This document shows positions 38,881 through 54,101 of a stretch of DNA of 64,000 nt, in pieces. How positions within the stretch are numbered: position 1 is the first letter of the stretch; the number at the start of each line of letters is the position of its first letter. A model generated the notes under the pieces. The model was not told where the DNA came from. It searched no databases and was given only the letters and a program-made list of their open reading frames with translations. The DNA is from Octopus vulgaris (taxonomy: Eukaryota). A program made the position numbers and the translations under genes. The stretch covers positions 11,532,001 through 11,596,000 of the forward strand of contig OX597815.1 in the NCBI GenBank assembly GCA_951406725.2, given 5' to 3'.

Positions 38881-40369
38881 CCCACTTTATCGTTTGTTGT
38901 ATCCTTCTGCAGCTCACATTTGTGCAGCCTCCATAATTTCGGTCCTCCGCCACCTCCTTGTCATCATGATCGTCTTCGTCGACGTCGCCCCCATGGAACT
39001 TCACATTTGTTTATAGTGCTTTCGTTTATAATTAATTTTGATAGTGTAACCGTCTTTCATTTCCTAAACTCAGTTTCTTGAATATGCAGACTTCTGCTCG
39101 ATCAGTTGTAAACGGCATTGGTATTAATTCGTCAATTGCTGTTATGCTGTTGCTTTTGTTGTTGTTTAGTTATTGATATACTAAATCGTTACAAACAATT
39201 GGTATACATAGGATTGAGTAGATTATTTACCGAATCGTTTACTCAGCTGATGATATTCACCATAAAGTGGAACCTCATTCAGCAAATATATAATGAAAAT
39301 GTGTCAGACACGACCACTTGTTGACATTTTAGGGTCCACTACACAATATTGTTTTATGTGTCCTTCTCTCACTTATGACAGCAGTATATCAGTTGTCTGC
39401 TCTGTCTCGGTAGGTTGAAGATAATTGATGTGGCTCCCTCGTTGTTGTGAGGTAATTGATTGATTATGGTTATTTAGCTGTAGATGGACATTGATAGAGA
39501 TGACTGATGATGAAAGATTATTCAGCTGTGACCATCACCTCTTTTTGTATGTCTATGACTATATTTTCCATTATACCTATATTTGTTATTATTCAAGGCC
39601 ACTAATTGAAATTGACTTACTATATGTGGCTGTTTGTGTGACAGCACAGAGTTTTCTGTATTGGTCTTTGCAGTTGCAGTTTCGATTCCTCTTGATGGGC
39701 AGTTTCACGTAGTCCAAATTAAAAAATTTAAAATTCTAGTGGGATTTAAAATGGTCATGTTATCATGTCTACTGTTATCCATTTCGTTTTCTATTGCACA
39801 GCAATGGGCCTTAAAGTATCCCCCTTATTTTGTCTTAGTGGCAATTTACCTTATATTACCATAATAGTCGACAGGTCGAACGTGTCATCTTACGATATTC
39901 AGTAATGTTTTTTCTTTTCCAGTGTTCAATACCTGTCGATGCCTACTTCAGCATTTTCTGCTGTAGATAAAAGGATTGCCAGTTATATACGGGATTCATT
40001 TAATCGATAATCTACAACGTCTACAATTTGTAGACTCATTCCCTTTTTTGAAATATTATGCAATCACTAGAGTGTCCGAAAAAATAGGAGAGATGTAGCT
40101 ACGTTTCGTTACTTTCCGTGATAACGAATCTAATTGCGTTTCACTTTCCATTCCATCCACCCGGAATCCATGTTCATTTGCTGTTATACAATTGCACGAC
40201 ATCCACTCAACAGAGATGTGAGGTATTCTTTGGAATTAGTAACTCAAACCTGTCATGTCATGTGTCAGTACCGTCACGTCCAGTTCTGTGTTTGTTCAAC
40301 TGTAATGTATAATGTTCTTTGCAGGAGAGCATCCACTTTGTTTTAGGCATCGGAGATTTATATCATATG

Positions 40370-40413
<44 letters not shown>

Positions 40414-40479
40414 GTGCATGTGTATGTGTATGCACACACCATTTATGTATGGATGTATATATATATATATACATATATG

Positions 40480-40511
<32 letters not shown>

Positions 40512-40607
40512 TACGTACGTATATATATATATATACGTGTGTGTGTGTGTATGTGTACATAACATGTCCATATGTATATATGCATATCTATGTACAAGTA
40601 TATGCGA

Positions 40608-40654
<47 letters not shown>

Positions 40655-41540
40655 CATATCTATATACCCCCCACCACACACATACACATACACACATGCC
40701 ACACGCACATACACACACGGACGCACACACACACATCCATACACACAAACATATCTTTAACATTTTTACATCGAATTCTGATAAGCTTCATTTTTAAGAA
40801 TTTTTTTTTTATATCTCTCTTGTATTGGAGCATAAATAATGTTATGGCAAGTATAAAAACATTAAAAGCAGCGTAGTTAAAAGAAAATGTCGATTGTCTG
40901 ACGAAATTCTACGTTCTATTCAGTTGTACGTCTTTACGTTCCCATTTCAAATTCAGATGACGCTAATTTTGTCTTTGAATATAACTGACGCCCATAAAAG
41001 GAGAACCATTTACGTTCTGTACATGGAATACACAGGCCAAAACCGATGGCTCTCACAGAATATGAGGCAATGCGCAAAATATAAAAGCCATCAACTTCAT
41101 TAAAATCTTGTTGAGGATTATCTCTAGCTTTATAATAACTAATCATTACTATCAGTATCAAGTTCATCATGATCATTGGCACTTTTTCTCACATCGATAT
41201 CAAAATCGTTATTGCAAATGGACAGTATCGATGGAGCGTCGGAACACGTGACTTGCGATATTTGTTAGGCATCTTAAAATTCTGAGTTCTAATTCTGCAG
41301 ACGTCATTGTCCCTTTTCATCGCTCCTGGATCGATAAACTAAAGTACCAGCACGGAACTATCACTCTTGACCTGAAACTGCTGGTCTTCTGCAAAATTTC
41401 AAATCGCTATTATTATTATTACTATCATAATTTTTTTATTAAAATTATTATTGCAGTTGTTCTTTTTGTTGATACTGTTGTTATTGTTGTAGTTGCTGCT
41501 GTTGTTGCTATTGCTATTACTGTTGTAGTTATTATTATTA

Positions 41541-41632
<92 letters not shown>

Positions 41633-41772
41633 CTTTCGTTCTTTTTTCAAATTTTCTTCCGTTTCTCGCCGAGTGTTTTCCGTACACCTAGGGCAGAGAA
41701 GCTCATTCTATGCATTCCCAGATTACACACAGTTAATATTATTACTGTTACTATTACTATTATTATTACTAC

Positions 41773-41838
<66 letters not shown>

Positions 41839-42131
41839 ATTATACCACCAATCTTATTTCTGTTCTTTGCATTGACTGCAAAACTCACTGCACCAGTAAT
41901 ACATCTTGGATACCAGTGACTTTTTGATAGTGTGTGTGTGTGTATGTGTTTTGATATTGAATGATCTTAATGTAATATGTATTCAATAATGATCAGTGCT
42001 ATATCCAATATATTGTTTATGTATCATAAGACATACGTCCTAGAGTTCGCTTGCATCAATCACAAAAGTGCCATTAAGGGATAGATAATTTGTGCATTGC
42101 AGTTATCAATAGTCCCTGTGGTCTATATACA

Positions 42132-42219
<88 letters not shown>

Positions 42220-42579
42220 AGAGAGAAAAAGTTAAAATGACGGTCTTGTTGAAAATATATTTTATTAATGTTAAAGTCTGTTTATCAATATTAAACTCAT
42301 TTATATTGTTAATATTAAAGCCATTATTGTAAATATCAATATTAATATTAGTATGTTAGTAATAATATGCAATCGGATGGATTAAATCTATTCTCGAGAA
42401 AAGAATATAATATTCATATAGTGGTTCTTTGCAATTTTGTTAGTATTGAGAACAATTAAGAATGATTATTGTTATTATTAGTTATTATTACTATTATTGT
42501 TATTATTATTATTATAATCATTATTATTATAATCATTATTATTATTATTATTATTATCAGTATTATTATTATTATTATT

Positions 42580-42615
<36 letters not shown>

Positions 42616-42899
42616 AAGTAGCAGTAGTAATAATAGATATACTACTGGTATTAATATTGGCATTCGTGGTAATATTTCTAGTTCTCGTAATTCATGTTGA
42701 CACAGCAGCAGAGGGTCCATCTCATACTTCAACAGAATCGAAAGACAAGGAGACCAAAGGAGCAGGACATACACTCATCCTAAATGAAATTAAAAAAGTT
42801 AAAAATACAAAACAAAAACCTGAAATAAGTAACAAAAAAAACATTCGTGCACATTGTCACTGTCAATGGTCCAAGTAGCGCATTTGTCTTGTCAGAGTT

Positions 42900-43022
42900 G
42901 GTAGTAGTAGTAGTAATAGTAGTAGAAGTAGTGGAAGTAGTAGCAGCAACAGTAGTAGTAGTAGTAGTAGTAGTAGTAGTTGTAGTAGAGTAGTAGTAGT
43001 AGTAGTAGTAGTAGTTGTAGTA

Positions 43023-43083
<61 letters not shown>

Positions 43084-43085
43084 TG
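42900..43085. repeat. (AGT)n microsatellite
   Basis: Directly visible. Confidence 0.9.
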
Positions 43086-43236
43086 TGGTGTAACTGGTGG
43101 GGGTGGATATATTTTGCTGTTTATGGGTGTTGTCATATTGAAAGTTGATAAGGCTGGCAAAGAATAAAATATCTTTATCGGACATTGGGAAATCTATCAC
43201 ATTTGCAGCCGTAGACTTACATGCATTATGTGTGTG

Positions 43237-43283
<47 letters not shown>

Positions 43284-43466
43284 ATGTGTGTGTGTGCGTG
43301 TGTGTCTCTGTGTCTCTGTTTGTGTATACGTCTTTATCAGTGTGTATGTATAGAACAAATACATACACACATACACACACATATATATATATGTGCATAT
43401 ATATATATATGTATATATATATATATGTATATATATATGTATATGTATATATATGTATATATATAT

Positions 43467-43534
<68 letters not shown>

Positions 43535-43842
43535 TATATGACATGGCCTGGACCAATGTTTGGTCGAAACACATCTAAGTTTATATATATATACATACAT
43601 GCACATAGCGTATAGTTATGTATGACTATAAGAATGGATGTGTATATTTGCATTTTCAATCATACAACTGCAAGAAGTCCTGTTGTTCAAGATGAAAAAA
43701 AAAAATTGTAACGAAAAATAAAGTTTTCTATCAGCAATTTAAAAGTCTCAGTTTCTCTCGACGCCAAGAAAGAATGCAAGATATATTTTCGTAGAAACAG
43801 TTTGTATGTATGTATATGCGTGCGAGCGTGTCTGTGTCTTGC

Positions 43843-43882
<40 letters not shown>

Positions 43883-45248
43883 CTTGTATATATATATATA
43901 TATATATATACATATATATACATATTTTTATGTATGTATGTAAGTATGTATGTACAATGATATGCATGTATGTATGTAAGCACGTATATACGCATTTATA
44001 TACACAGGTTATATATATATATATATACACACACACATATATACATATATATATGTGTGTGTGCGCGTCCTGTTCAAATTTTTAGTCGTTTTTACAAAAT
44101 AGTTTGTGGGGATGTATATACATACCTACATGCATAGCTGCATACATGTGTGTGTATCTGCGTGTGTATATGTCTTCGTGTACGTGTACAAGAATGGATA
44201 TATATTTTATATACATGCCTGTGTGTGTGTGTGTGCTGTGTGTGTGTGTGTGTATGTTCGTATGTGTGCGTGTATACGTACACATTGAAAATTTGTTTCG
44301 CACATGTGAGAATGCATAAGTATAAAGCACGTAATAAAAATGTATGCATGCATGCATGCTATGTTAGTATGTGTTAGTGTGTTAATGTGTATATTTTTTT
44401 GAGTGTGAATGTTTGTGAATGGATGCGTAAATCTCTGTCAATTTTTTTTCCTCATGTTTATGCAAATCCAACACCTTTTATGCATGCCTCTGGTTGCATA
44501 CATAACACCGTTTGTTATGAAGCATTATTAAACATAGTATTAATAGAAACAGTATCCAGTAAACTTCTTTAGTTCTATACAGTGCTTGCTTGCGCACGTC
44601 ACACTTGTTTTTCCTGTTCTGCTATTATTTTTCATGTTGTGTTTGTGTTTATAAGTGTTGTTGTTGTTGTTGTTGCTATACTTTGGTTCTTGTTGTTGTT
44701 GTTGCTGTTGATGTTGTTGATGTTCATATTTCTTAAAGTAGCAGCCATTTCGGTTGATATTTTCCTCAAAGCACTGCCTCTTTTTTCCATCAAGAATCTG
44801 CTGGAAGCTGACCGTGATGCCTCTGCATTTGTGGGATGGAGGGCGTGGCAAATTCTTCCCACACCCAGTTTTTCCTTATACGGCGAAGCTTGGTTCCTAA
44901 TCTGTATAAAGTTTATTTACTGCAAGAAGAAATAAAAATAAGAATAAAAAAATGAAGAACGAAACAAAATATATAAAAGATTGATTGGCTTAAAACAAAC
45001 CAAAAATATTAATTAATGTTGGCGTAATACATCATGCATACATATTCTCTTTCCTCCATCTCTCTTTCTCTCTTTCTATCTCTCACTCACCTTTTCTTTC
45101 TTCTACTCTCTCTCTCTTTCTTTCTTTCTGTGTTTCACTTCATATAATATGCGGGCATATGTGTCTTTATACATAAGCACACGCACGCTCACACTCACAG
45201 TCACACACTTACAAAGATACATACATACAAAGATACATACATACATAC

Positions 45249-45280
<32 letters not shown>

Positions 45281-45386
45281 GTATATAGTCAGTGGATCAT
45301 ATATCAGATAAAGAATCACACTCTAAGGGATAGACCAGCAATGAATTTACATGAAGTCACTGTATAACCAGGCATATTTAACTTCA

Positions 45387-45425
<39 letters not shown>

Positions 45426-45473
45426 TTTATCTGATATATGATCCACTGACTATATACATATGTATGTATATAC

Positions 45474-45533
<60 letters not shown>

Positions 45534-45989
45534 TTAGATAGATAGATATATAGATATGTATATATGTATGTATCTATGTATGTTTACATACACATATACA
45601 CACACAAACACGCACACTCAAGCAACACACACTCATATGTCTGCAGAGAGTGGCCATGCCATTATGCATATAAAACTTAGTTTGCAATAATTGCATCCCG
45701 CGGTCGAATTCACTGCGCGCCTTGGGCAGGCTTTTTCTTCAAATCATGTGTTGTACACGCAACTCATAACTGATTTCTCGTTGCACTGTTTTGTAGTAAG
45801 ACTTGAAAGTTACGTCAAGCTTTTCATACAACGCATACAAATCTTTCAGTTGATTGGGCCAATGGCTATTCACGTCTCTCTCTCTCTCTCACCCCTCTCC
45901 CTTGTCTGTCTGTCCATCTGTCTGTCTATACATACAGTGTGGCTCACGACAAGTTAGACGAGTTTGGCCATCGCATGCATATGTTATTT

Positions 45990-46592
45990 CTTATTTCTAT
46001 ACTGCTCACAAGGGGTTACACATAGAGGGGACAATCAAGGACAGACAAACGGATTAAGTCGATTATATAGACCCCAGTGCATAACTGGTACTTATTTAAT
46101 CGACCGCGGAAGGATGAAAAGCAAAGTCGACCTCGGTGGAATTTAAACTCAGAACGTAGCGGCAGACGAAATACCTATTTCTTTACTATCCACAAGGGGC
46201 TAAACACAGAGGGGACAAACAAGGACACACAAACGGATTAAGTCGATCATATCGACCCCAATGTGTAACTGGTACTTATTTAATCGACCCCGAAAGGATG
46301 AGAGGCAAAGTCGACCTCGGTGGAATTTAAACTCAGAACGTAGCGGCAGACGAAATACCTATTTCTTTATTACCCACAAGGGGCTAAACACAGAGGGGAC
46401 AAACAAGGACAGACATAGGTATTAAGTCGATTACATCGACCCCAGTGCTGAACCGGTACTTAATTTATCGACCCCGAAAGGATGAAAGACAAAGTCGACC
46501 TCGGTGGAATTTGAACTCAGAACGTAGCGGCAGACGAAATACCGCTAAGCATTTCGCCCGGCGTGCTAACCTTTCTGCCAGCTCGGCGCCTT
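45990..46592 (-). mobile_element. SINE family B, trimeric, with 15-bp TSD
   Basis: Three units on the minus strand. TSD ATGCATAT(G/T)TTATTT at 45975-45989 and 46593-46607. Confidence 0.9.
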
Positions 46593-47147
46593 ATGCATAT
46601 TTTATTTTTCTATATATATTTTCCTATTTCAGTGACTATTAGACCTACACTAGATTGTAATGCCAGTAAGTGATTTGCATTTGTTGATTGTGTACTTTCA
46701 CGTGCTTCGTTTATTCAAATCACCTGGGACATTGTATGCCACAGAGATTACATATCGGATTAGCTGCTAGAAATTAGTTATGTACAACATGACACCTTTC
46801 ATCGTGTTTCCGTAGATGACTTGTGTTTGTGGCCAACTCGGGATACGCAAATTCATCCGCTTTCATTACACTCAAACCGCATGACTTTTGGTTCTCTGTT
46901 AACTGGCTGCCCGTTTTATAATTGCCCATTATGATTTACATTGCAGAAAACTTCTGAAACCACTGGGTACTTTTATGCACCAATTGCATAAAATTGCATT
47001 AGTTCAGTATAGAACTAATGTTTTCCGATTAGTATTTTGGTTCTTGCATTGAGTAAGAAAATACATAGAACAGTAAAGACCATAGTATTCCACTTAGGAC
47101 CATAGTATTCCACTTAGAAAGTTCTCATTCGAAGCACAAGTCCGATC

Positions 47148-47410
47148 AACTTTGTTTATGGAAGGCTAGCAGTCGCCCATGTATACTAGCCTCCACTCTC
47201 CATGTCATAGATGTTATCCAAAGAAAGGCAAAGACCGATAGAGCTTGGCACCAGTGATGTCACAACTCATTTCAGGAGCTGCGTGAACTGGAACAACGTG
47301 AAATAAAGTGTCTTGCTCAAGAACACAACATACAGCCCGCTCCGGGATTCGAACTTACTACCTCATATTTATGATCCCGACCCTCTGGCCACTGAACCAT
47401 GCGCCTTCAC
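47148..47410 (-). mobile_element. tRNA-derived SINE (fourth family)
   Basis: Minus strand GTGAAGGCGCATGGTTCAGTGG (A box), AAGTTCGAATCC (B box), GTGTTCTTGAGCAAGACACTTTA core. A degenerate relative lies at about 59090-59300. Confidence 0.75.
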
Positions 47411-47934
47411 AGAAAGAATACTCATTTGCATAGATACATGCATACATACATACATTACATATATACATACATACATACATACGTGCATACATACATACAT
47501 ATATGCATAATTGCATACATCCAGAAACATGGAAACACATACATATATGTATACATCTACTATCTTTGTCTCTTTATATATACACAAGTACATAAAGAGG
47601 AATAGAGAAGGAGAGAAAAAGAGTAGATAGACACACACAAACTTAAACAGTACAATCATAGTTCTCCTAGATGAAAAATTTTATATTTCTCGGTGCACAT
47701 TTGTTGAAACAGTATTCAGATAACCATAAACGCATAAACATGTTTCTTATAATGCGAGTCATACAAAAGCAAATACCTCAAAAACAATTCTGAAAGAAAA
47801 TAGGGAAGAATTACAAGGTAGTTCATAGTATATCAGACATATCAGTGTATACTCACCTTGATAGTCGCTGTTCAGCTACAAAGAGCTATAGCTCTGCCCA
47901 CAAAAGTAAACCTACATAAGCATTGTACACACAC

Positions 47935-47983
<49 letters not shown>

Positions 47984-48599
47984 AACACACACATCTTTGC
48001 ATATATATATATACGTTTGATACACCCGAATACACGCTTACATACATTCATACACATTTTACTCTCTTCGTATATGTAGTTGCATAATATGTGGACGTGT
48101 GCGGCGTAGTACGAATGTGCTGTTTATGTTACATAACTTTACCGCTTGTCACTTAGGTGATTGGGTATAACGGTCCTTGTTAATGAGTAGAAGATAAACC
48201 CTACGGAGGAAATATTAAAAGTTGGGGTCACAACATTGTCTTCTGGTAATTCTGCCCCAGACTATTATCTGAAAATACAGACATATCCACACACACAGAT
48301 ATGTGTATATATATATATGGTTAAATTTTCACCATTGTATATTTCTAATTTTGCGCATGTGCATTTTTTGCTTTCGAATTTGTCGATTGCACAGTATAGT
48401 AGGGTCAATTGGGCACAGTCTGTAAGAAAAAAGCATTTTTGAAAAGGTCTTAATATTAATTTTCCTGCGAATGTTTCCATTGTGTTTTGCTTCAAAAACT
48501 ACGTAGACATGACAGAATTAAATATACATCCTTATAATTGTTAAAATTTATCTAAATTATTTATTAATTATTATAATGTGAATATCTAATATTTAGTAG

Positions 48600-49345
48600 A
48601 CCGGCTCCTTGCATTTTTGAATGCAAGGACTCTAGCAGGCATGCTACTGATCTGATGAATATTCTCTTCATGATTTTCTTGGCAAATTTCGAAACAACAT
48701 AGTGTACTGCTTGGCATTCTGGCCAGAAGCTCCAATAAGAACATTTCAAAGAGCTTGAGTGTCAATCTGAGATCATTGCAATCGGAGCACATGCAGCGAG
48801 AGTGATAAAAATCAAACCTCCAGACAACATCATTGTGTTTGGAGGGGTCACTAGTGATGGTAATATTATGCCTCCATTCATCTTCCCACACGGCCTCAGA
48901 CTCAACACAGAGGCTTACAGCAAGTGCCTGGATGAGTTAATACTGACTTGGGAGAAGAGGATGGCTGCTGGATGACCCTATGTCTGGCAACTGGACTCTG
49001 CCAGATACTACACAAGCAAGGAAACAGAGTCATGGGTATCAGGCAATTTCTGCGATCACATCTGGTCACTTAACTCCTCACGCTGCAACCCACTTGATTA
49101 TTATGTGTGGAGTGCAGTTGAGCGAGAGACCAATATAAATGCTTTGTAACACCAACGATGACCTGAAGGCAAGGATTATGGCAGTATTCACCAACTTAAA
49201 CTAGGAGACCATCCACATGAGTTGCAAGAAATTCCGAAGTCGATTTTATTGAATAAATTTACTCCTTAATTTTTCAAGTTATTTTCATGCAATTTTGGTA
49301 AAATATATCTGTTAAAATGAGATGTGAGATATATTTTCATTTTTT
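48600..49345 (+). mobile_element. Tc1/mariner (maT/DD37D-like) transposase remnant
   Basis: About 48803-49250 translates IIVFGGVTSDG..MPPFIFP..LNTEAY..YVWQLDSA..NSSRCNPLDYYVWSAVERET, with stops and deletions. Confidence 0.75.
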
Positions 49346-49357
49346 CGTAATGTAGAC

Positions 49358-50710
49358 CAGTGGTCCCCAACATTTTTTCAGCCAAGGGACCATTTTTCAC
49401 TTGAAAAAACCTCTAGGGACCACTTTTATTTTTACTTTATGCTGTTCTATTTTCATACTTAAAATACTTAATGAAAAGACAAAGTAGTCTACATTTAAAA
49501 ATTTATTTTAGCAAACAAAAGATAAAATTTAAAATTTATTTTAGTAAACAAAGATAAACACAAAATATCAAAGTCATTCATTTTTAGTCCATTCAGCTGG
49601 TGACTAGCTTGATATTAGTGTTTCTGACAAAAGATATAATCAATTTTAATGAACTCATTTAGTCTTAGTCTGATAGTTCCTCTGCTGTTGACATCTAAGT
49701 TATTACTTTTTCTACTTGAAATTTCTACATCAGCTCCAAATGTAGATTCCACCATCCATGTGGTAGGGAAAGAAATGATGCTTGCTTCTACATGTCGAAA
49801 AATATTTGGGTGTGATTCCCTTATCTATATGTAAGCAAAGACGCCCATTTCAACTCTTCTTCTCATTTCATATTCTCACAATCTTCTCCTCAGGAAAATT
49901 AGACATTTCATCCTGTCTTCTTGTAACTGTATTATTTGAGAGTGGAATTTTACTCGGAATAGATGCAGCATCTTTTCCCAGAACCTCATTTTCGCAAGCT
50001 ATCATAGCAAGCTTGACCAATTTCTCACCATGAATGTGAGGTACTGCAACCCTGGCAATAATTTCAGAGACCAAATAACTTGTTTTGAGGGCTTTACTTT
50101 TTTAGTATTTATCTTCTTTACAAAGTCGAGTAGTTTGAATGGCTGTATTTTCTTTTTACTCTCAAAATATTCCCTACCTTTACCAAGAGATGATGTATGC
50201 CATCATTTCTGGTGTTGTTCCAACTTAACTTTCTTCATAGAATGATTTGTCATGATGGCATCACATTCAAACACATAGGTTTTGATTCTACAGATACAAA
50301 ACCAAACATGGTGTCTTTGTAGTTCCTTAGTTTTGCCTTTTTACCAGTTGGTTCATACATTATTACAACTGATCTTAAAAAATAAAAGTAATAAATACCT
50401 TATTTCTATAAATTAAAAGTATCAAATTTATTATTAATCAATTTTTGAAGTGATCTATTAAAAATATCACATTTATTAAGAAACTGTTGTGATTGTAAAA
50501 TTTAAATTATGTAATTCTTGATTGTAATATATTATTGATTATATATTATACACTATTGATTCTTATGGAATAATTATTGAATTTTCTTTTCTTATTCTGT
50601 CTTCATATAAATTATTATTAACTAATGGTGTATTTATTATCGAACACTATTGTGTAGACCTGAAATGACTTCAATTTTTTTATGCCAACGAATTCTCTGG
50701 GGACCACAGC
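49358..50710 (-). mobile_element. hAT (Charlie-like) transposon remnant
   Basis: Terminus CAGTGGTCCCCAAC at 49358. ORF 49868-50074 PHIHGEKLVK..KIPLSNNTVTRR..EM; upstream KPMCLEC zinc-finger remnant. Other end GGGGACCACAG is imperfect and no clear TSD is seen. Confidence 0.75.
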
Positions 50711-50729
50711 TTATTCAGCCCAACCAATA

Positions 50730-50784
<55 letters not shown>

Positions 50785-50797
50785 GTATGCATGAATG

Positions 50798-50876
<79 letters not shown>

Positions 50877-50881
50877 CATAC

Positions 50882-50960
<79 letters not shown>

Positions 50961-51489
50961 CGCACGTGAATAATCGGAACACTTCAGCACTGAATATATT
51001 CCGGTTTAGTTTTTAAGTAAAATATGAGGAAACAATCTATATAAGATTTATCAAGTAGCTGTACATATATATATATATATTCACGTGCGGCCGAATTGAA
51101 CATGGGAAGCTCCTTGCATGATTATATAAGTGTGAACATGAATATATAAGTGCTCTGCTGGGTGCATTGTTGTTCGCTTGATATGTGGAGATGTTTATAT
51201 TTATATTTTCTGGTTATGTTGTACCAATGATTAGCGAGCATATTATACATGCTGATCATGAAATCCTTAATGATATACGACTAAAACGTTTTTGAAAGGA
51301 ACTTCTATGTTCATTCCCACAATTTCGGTGCCTATGTATATGTATTGAAATAGTTTGACATTAGAGTCAAACTATACATTTTATATGCATTTTATATATA
51401 AGAAAAAAAAACTATATACTTCGTATTGTTTTTTCCCCTCAATTGGTTTTTCACGCTGCGTACTAGATAAATCTTATATATATTTATCG

Positions 51490-51534
<45 letters not shown>

Positions 51535-51576
51535 CATACATTCACGCACACACAAACACACACACATACACACATA

Positions 51577-51632
<56 letters not shown>

Positions 51633-51726
51633 CATAGAAGTAAATATAAGGCAAATATACTGGAAAGCAATACTCTCGTATTGCATTACAATATATATAT
51701 ATATATATCATGAAAGATGGCATGCG

Positions 51727-51823
51727 ATTCACTACAGCTGTTTCGGACGTCATTTTATCGATCAATAGGAGTGTTATATCATATAAAAAAATACAAAACG
51801 AAAACCGTTTTCGTCATGTGGAT
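51727..51823 (-). ncRNA. Degenerate hammerhead-like motif in a repeat ending at (TA)n
   Basis: Minus strand: ATCCAC-ATGACGA...GTCC-GAAA-CAGCTG-TA-GTGAAT. Positions 3-8 are unpaired and stem II has decayed. Confidence 0.4.
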
Positions 51824-52174
51824 ACAGGTAAAAAATAACAATTAGAAATACTCCAGAAATTCGGTCAGCGTGCAAAAAGTTTAATGTAGTATCAATTACA
51901 TATAGGCTTGGGCCTATATAAGAGAAGGTAGTAGGTGGAGAAGTATAAGGAATTAAGTGGAGAGAGAAAGAGTATAAGAGAATGCATGATCTTGTTTGAC
52001 CTCGTAAATGATCATCATTAAAATAAACCTTGTTTCTATATAGTTGACAGGGGTATTTATATGCATAAATAATAATAATTAAAAGAAATGGTGGTGGGAA
52101 AACAAAACCCTACGCACATATACATTTATATACAAACGTCCCCACAAACTCACATAAATGGATACATATACTTA

Positions 52175-52440
52175 CATGCATTGGGAAAAAGTTATCGGAC
52201 TGGTTACGTGTAATAATGTATAACTTTTTTACCTAGGTTTTAACATAATCTCCTGCGCATTAATACACAGGTCCCAGGGTACCTGCCACATTTGGAATCC
52301 GGCCTGGAAGTCATTTTCTGTAACCGAGTCGAGGAAGTTCTGTGATGCGTTCTGGTTCTCGAAAACGGTGTTAAAACAGCAATCTTTGAGCCGAATCTTC
52401 ATCTTGGAGAAGAGATGAAAGTCCGTAGGTGCTAAAGTTT
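52175..52440 (-). mobile_element. Mariner 3' remnant
   Basis: QNASQNFLDSVTENDFQAGFQMWQVPWDLCINAQ resembles the mariner C-terminus (F..W..RW..CI..QGDY). Confidence 0.6.
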
Positions 52441-53261
52441 GCGATTAGAGTTGGTGTTGAACCGATACATGAAATACTATACTGAAGGCGGAAATAAGTG
52501 AGTAAAAATGATATTTTACATCTCTTTAATCCAGAGACGCGTATATAGTTGATCAAAGCCGTGTGGATTCGTTATTTTCTCATTTGCCAGCGTGAGTTGG
52601 GAGTATTGCTGTCTAGGAGATATGTTATGGTAGTGGAATAGTATTTAACTGCTATTTCGAAATGTCGGTATGCGGTGAAGCAATTTTGCTGAACACTAAT
52701 TATATAATTATGCTTATAATTTGGAAATTAGTCTTGAAATAGTAACCTCACATTTATCAATAGTGGCAGCGTCATAAACTGCAAAATAGTTTATAGTGGA
52801 GTGCGGGAATAATTTTATGTCTTTATATTTCCATATCCGCGCCGCCCTTTTAGTAAGTACAAACTCAATATTAACTGCTATGATATTACAACTGAAGTCG
52901 CTCAGTAAATGCCCTGAATATTGTTCTTCGCTAAACAATAAATAATAACGAAAAATATGTCGAAAATGTAAAGTGCCAACAGAAATATACAGAAATAGAA
53001 CAATATACATCTATGTGTGTAGCGTTTATTTGTTGTTTTTTTTTATATTGAGTGACGTAACAGTCAATGGGATCATTACTGAACCGCTTTGCAGGGAAGT
53101 ATAACCCAAATCCAAGCGAATTTTTATTTCATTTCTCTTATTTCTGAGAAGTGTGGCAAGCAAGAATCATATTTTGGTAAGTGTTGCATATATGTATACG
53201 CATATGCATGTATGTATATATATGCGCGTATATGCAAACGTATACACATGTATGTGTGTAT

Positions 53262-53356
<95 letters not shown>

Positions 53357-53434
53357 CATACATATATATATACATATATATACATACATATATATATACA
53401 TACATATATATATACATATATATACATACATATA

Positions 53435-53466
<32 letters not shown>

Positions 53467-54029
53467 CATATATATATATATGTGTGTCTGTAAATATGCG
53501 TGCACATATATGTGTGTGCGTATATATATATATATACATGTCTGTGTATGTATATGTATGTGTGCTCTTTATGAGTGTCCTTATGCGTGTGTGTTTGTGT
53601 GTGTGTATGTGTGTGTGTTTGTATTGAGCGAAAAGGAACGATATTAATATAATTCCAGAAAAGAAATGTCATTGAGACCCAAAGCTCTCTTGGAGTCACC
53701 TGCGCTCACTCTTCACCCTCCAACGCTCAATTTTGTTCGCTGTATTTCTTCATTCATGTTAAACTTGTGTTGTGCTAATACTTTGGAGATTAGATTACAT
53801 ATGCTTTTAAGCAGCTCAATTCTGAGACGCACACTATGTGAGCTTGCTAGATTAGAAACGACGTCGTGTGATATATATATTTATATATATATATGTAAAG
53901 AGAGAGAGAGAGAGAGGCTGTGGGAGTGAGAGTAAAAGATAGGGATAGATGGTGAAAGGCGTGTGAGAAAGAATGAAATTGAACGGAACAGGAAAGCAGA
54001 ATATAAGAAAGAGACTACAGAGAATGAGT

Positions 54030-54101
<72 letters not shown>

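Noticed and set aside
47078-47117. 20-bp perfect tandem duplication
   Set aside because: Ordinary slippage duplication with no associated structure.
53095-53182. Plus-strand AG...GTAAGT mini-exon
   Set aside because: Weak acceptor and unremarkable translation; an isolated donor match is expected by chance.
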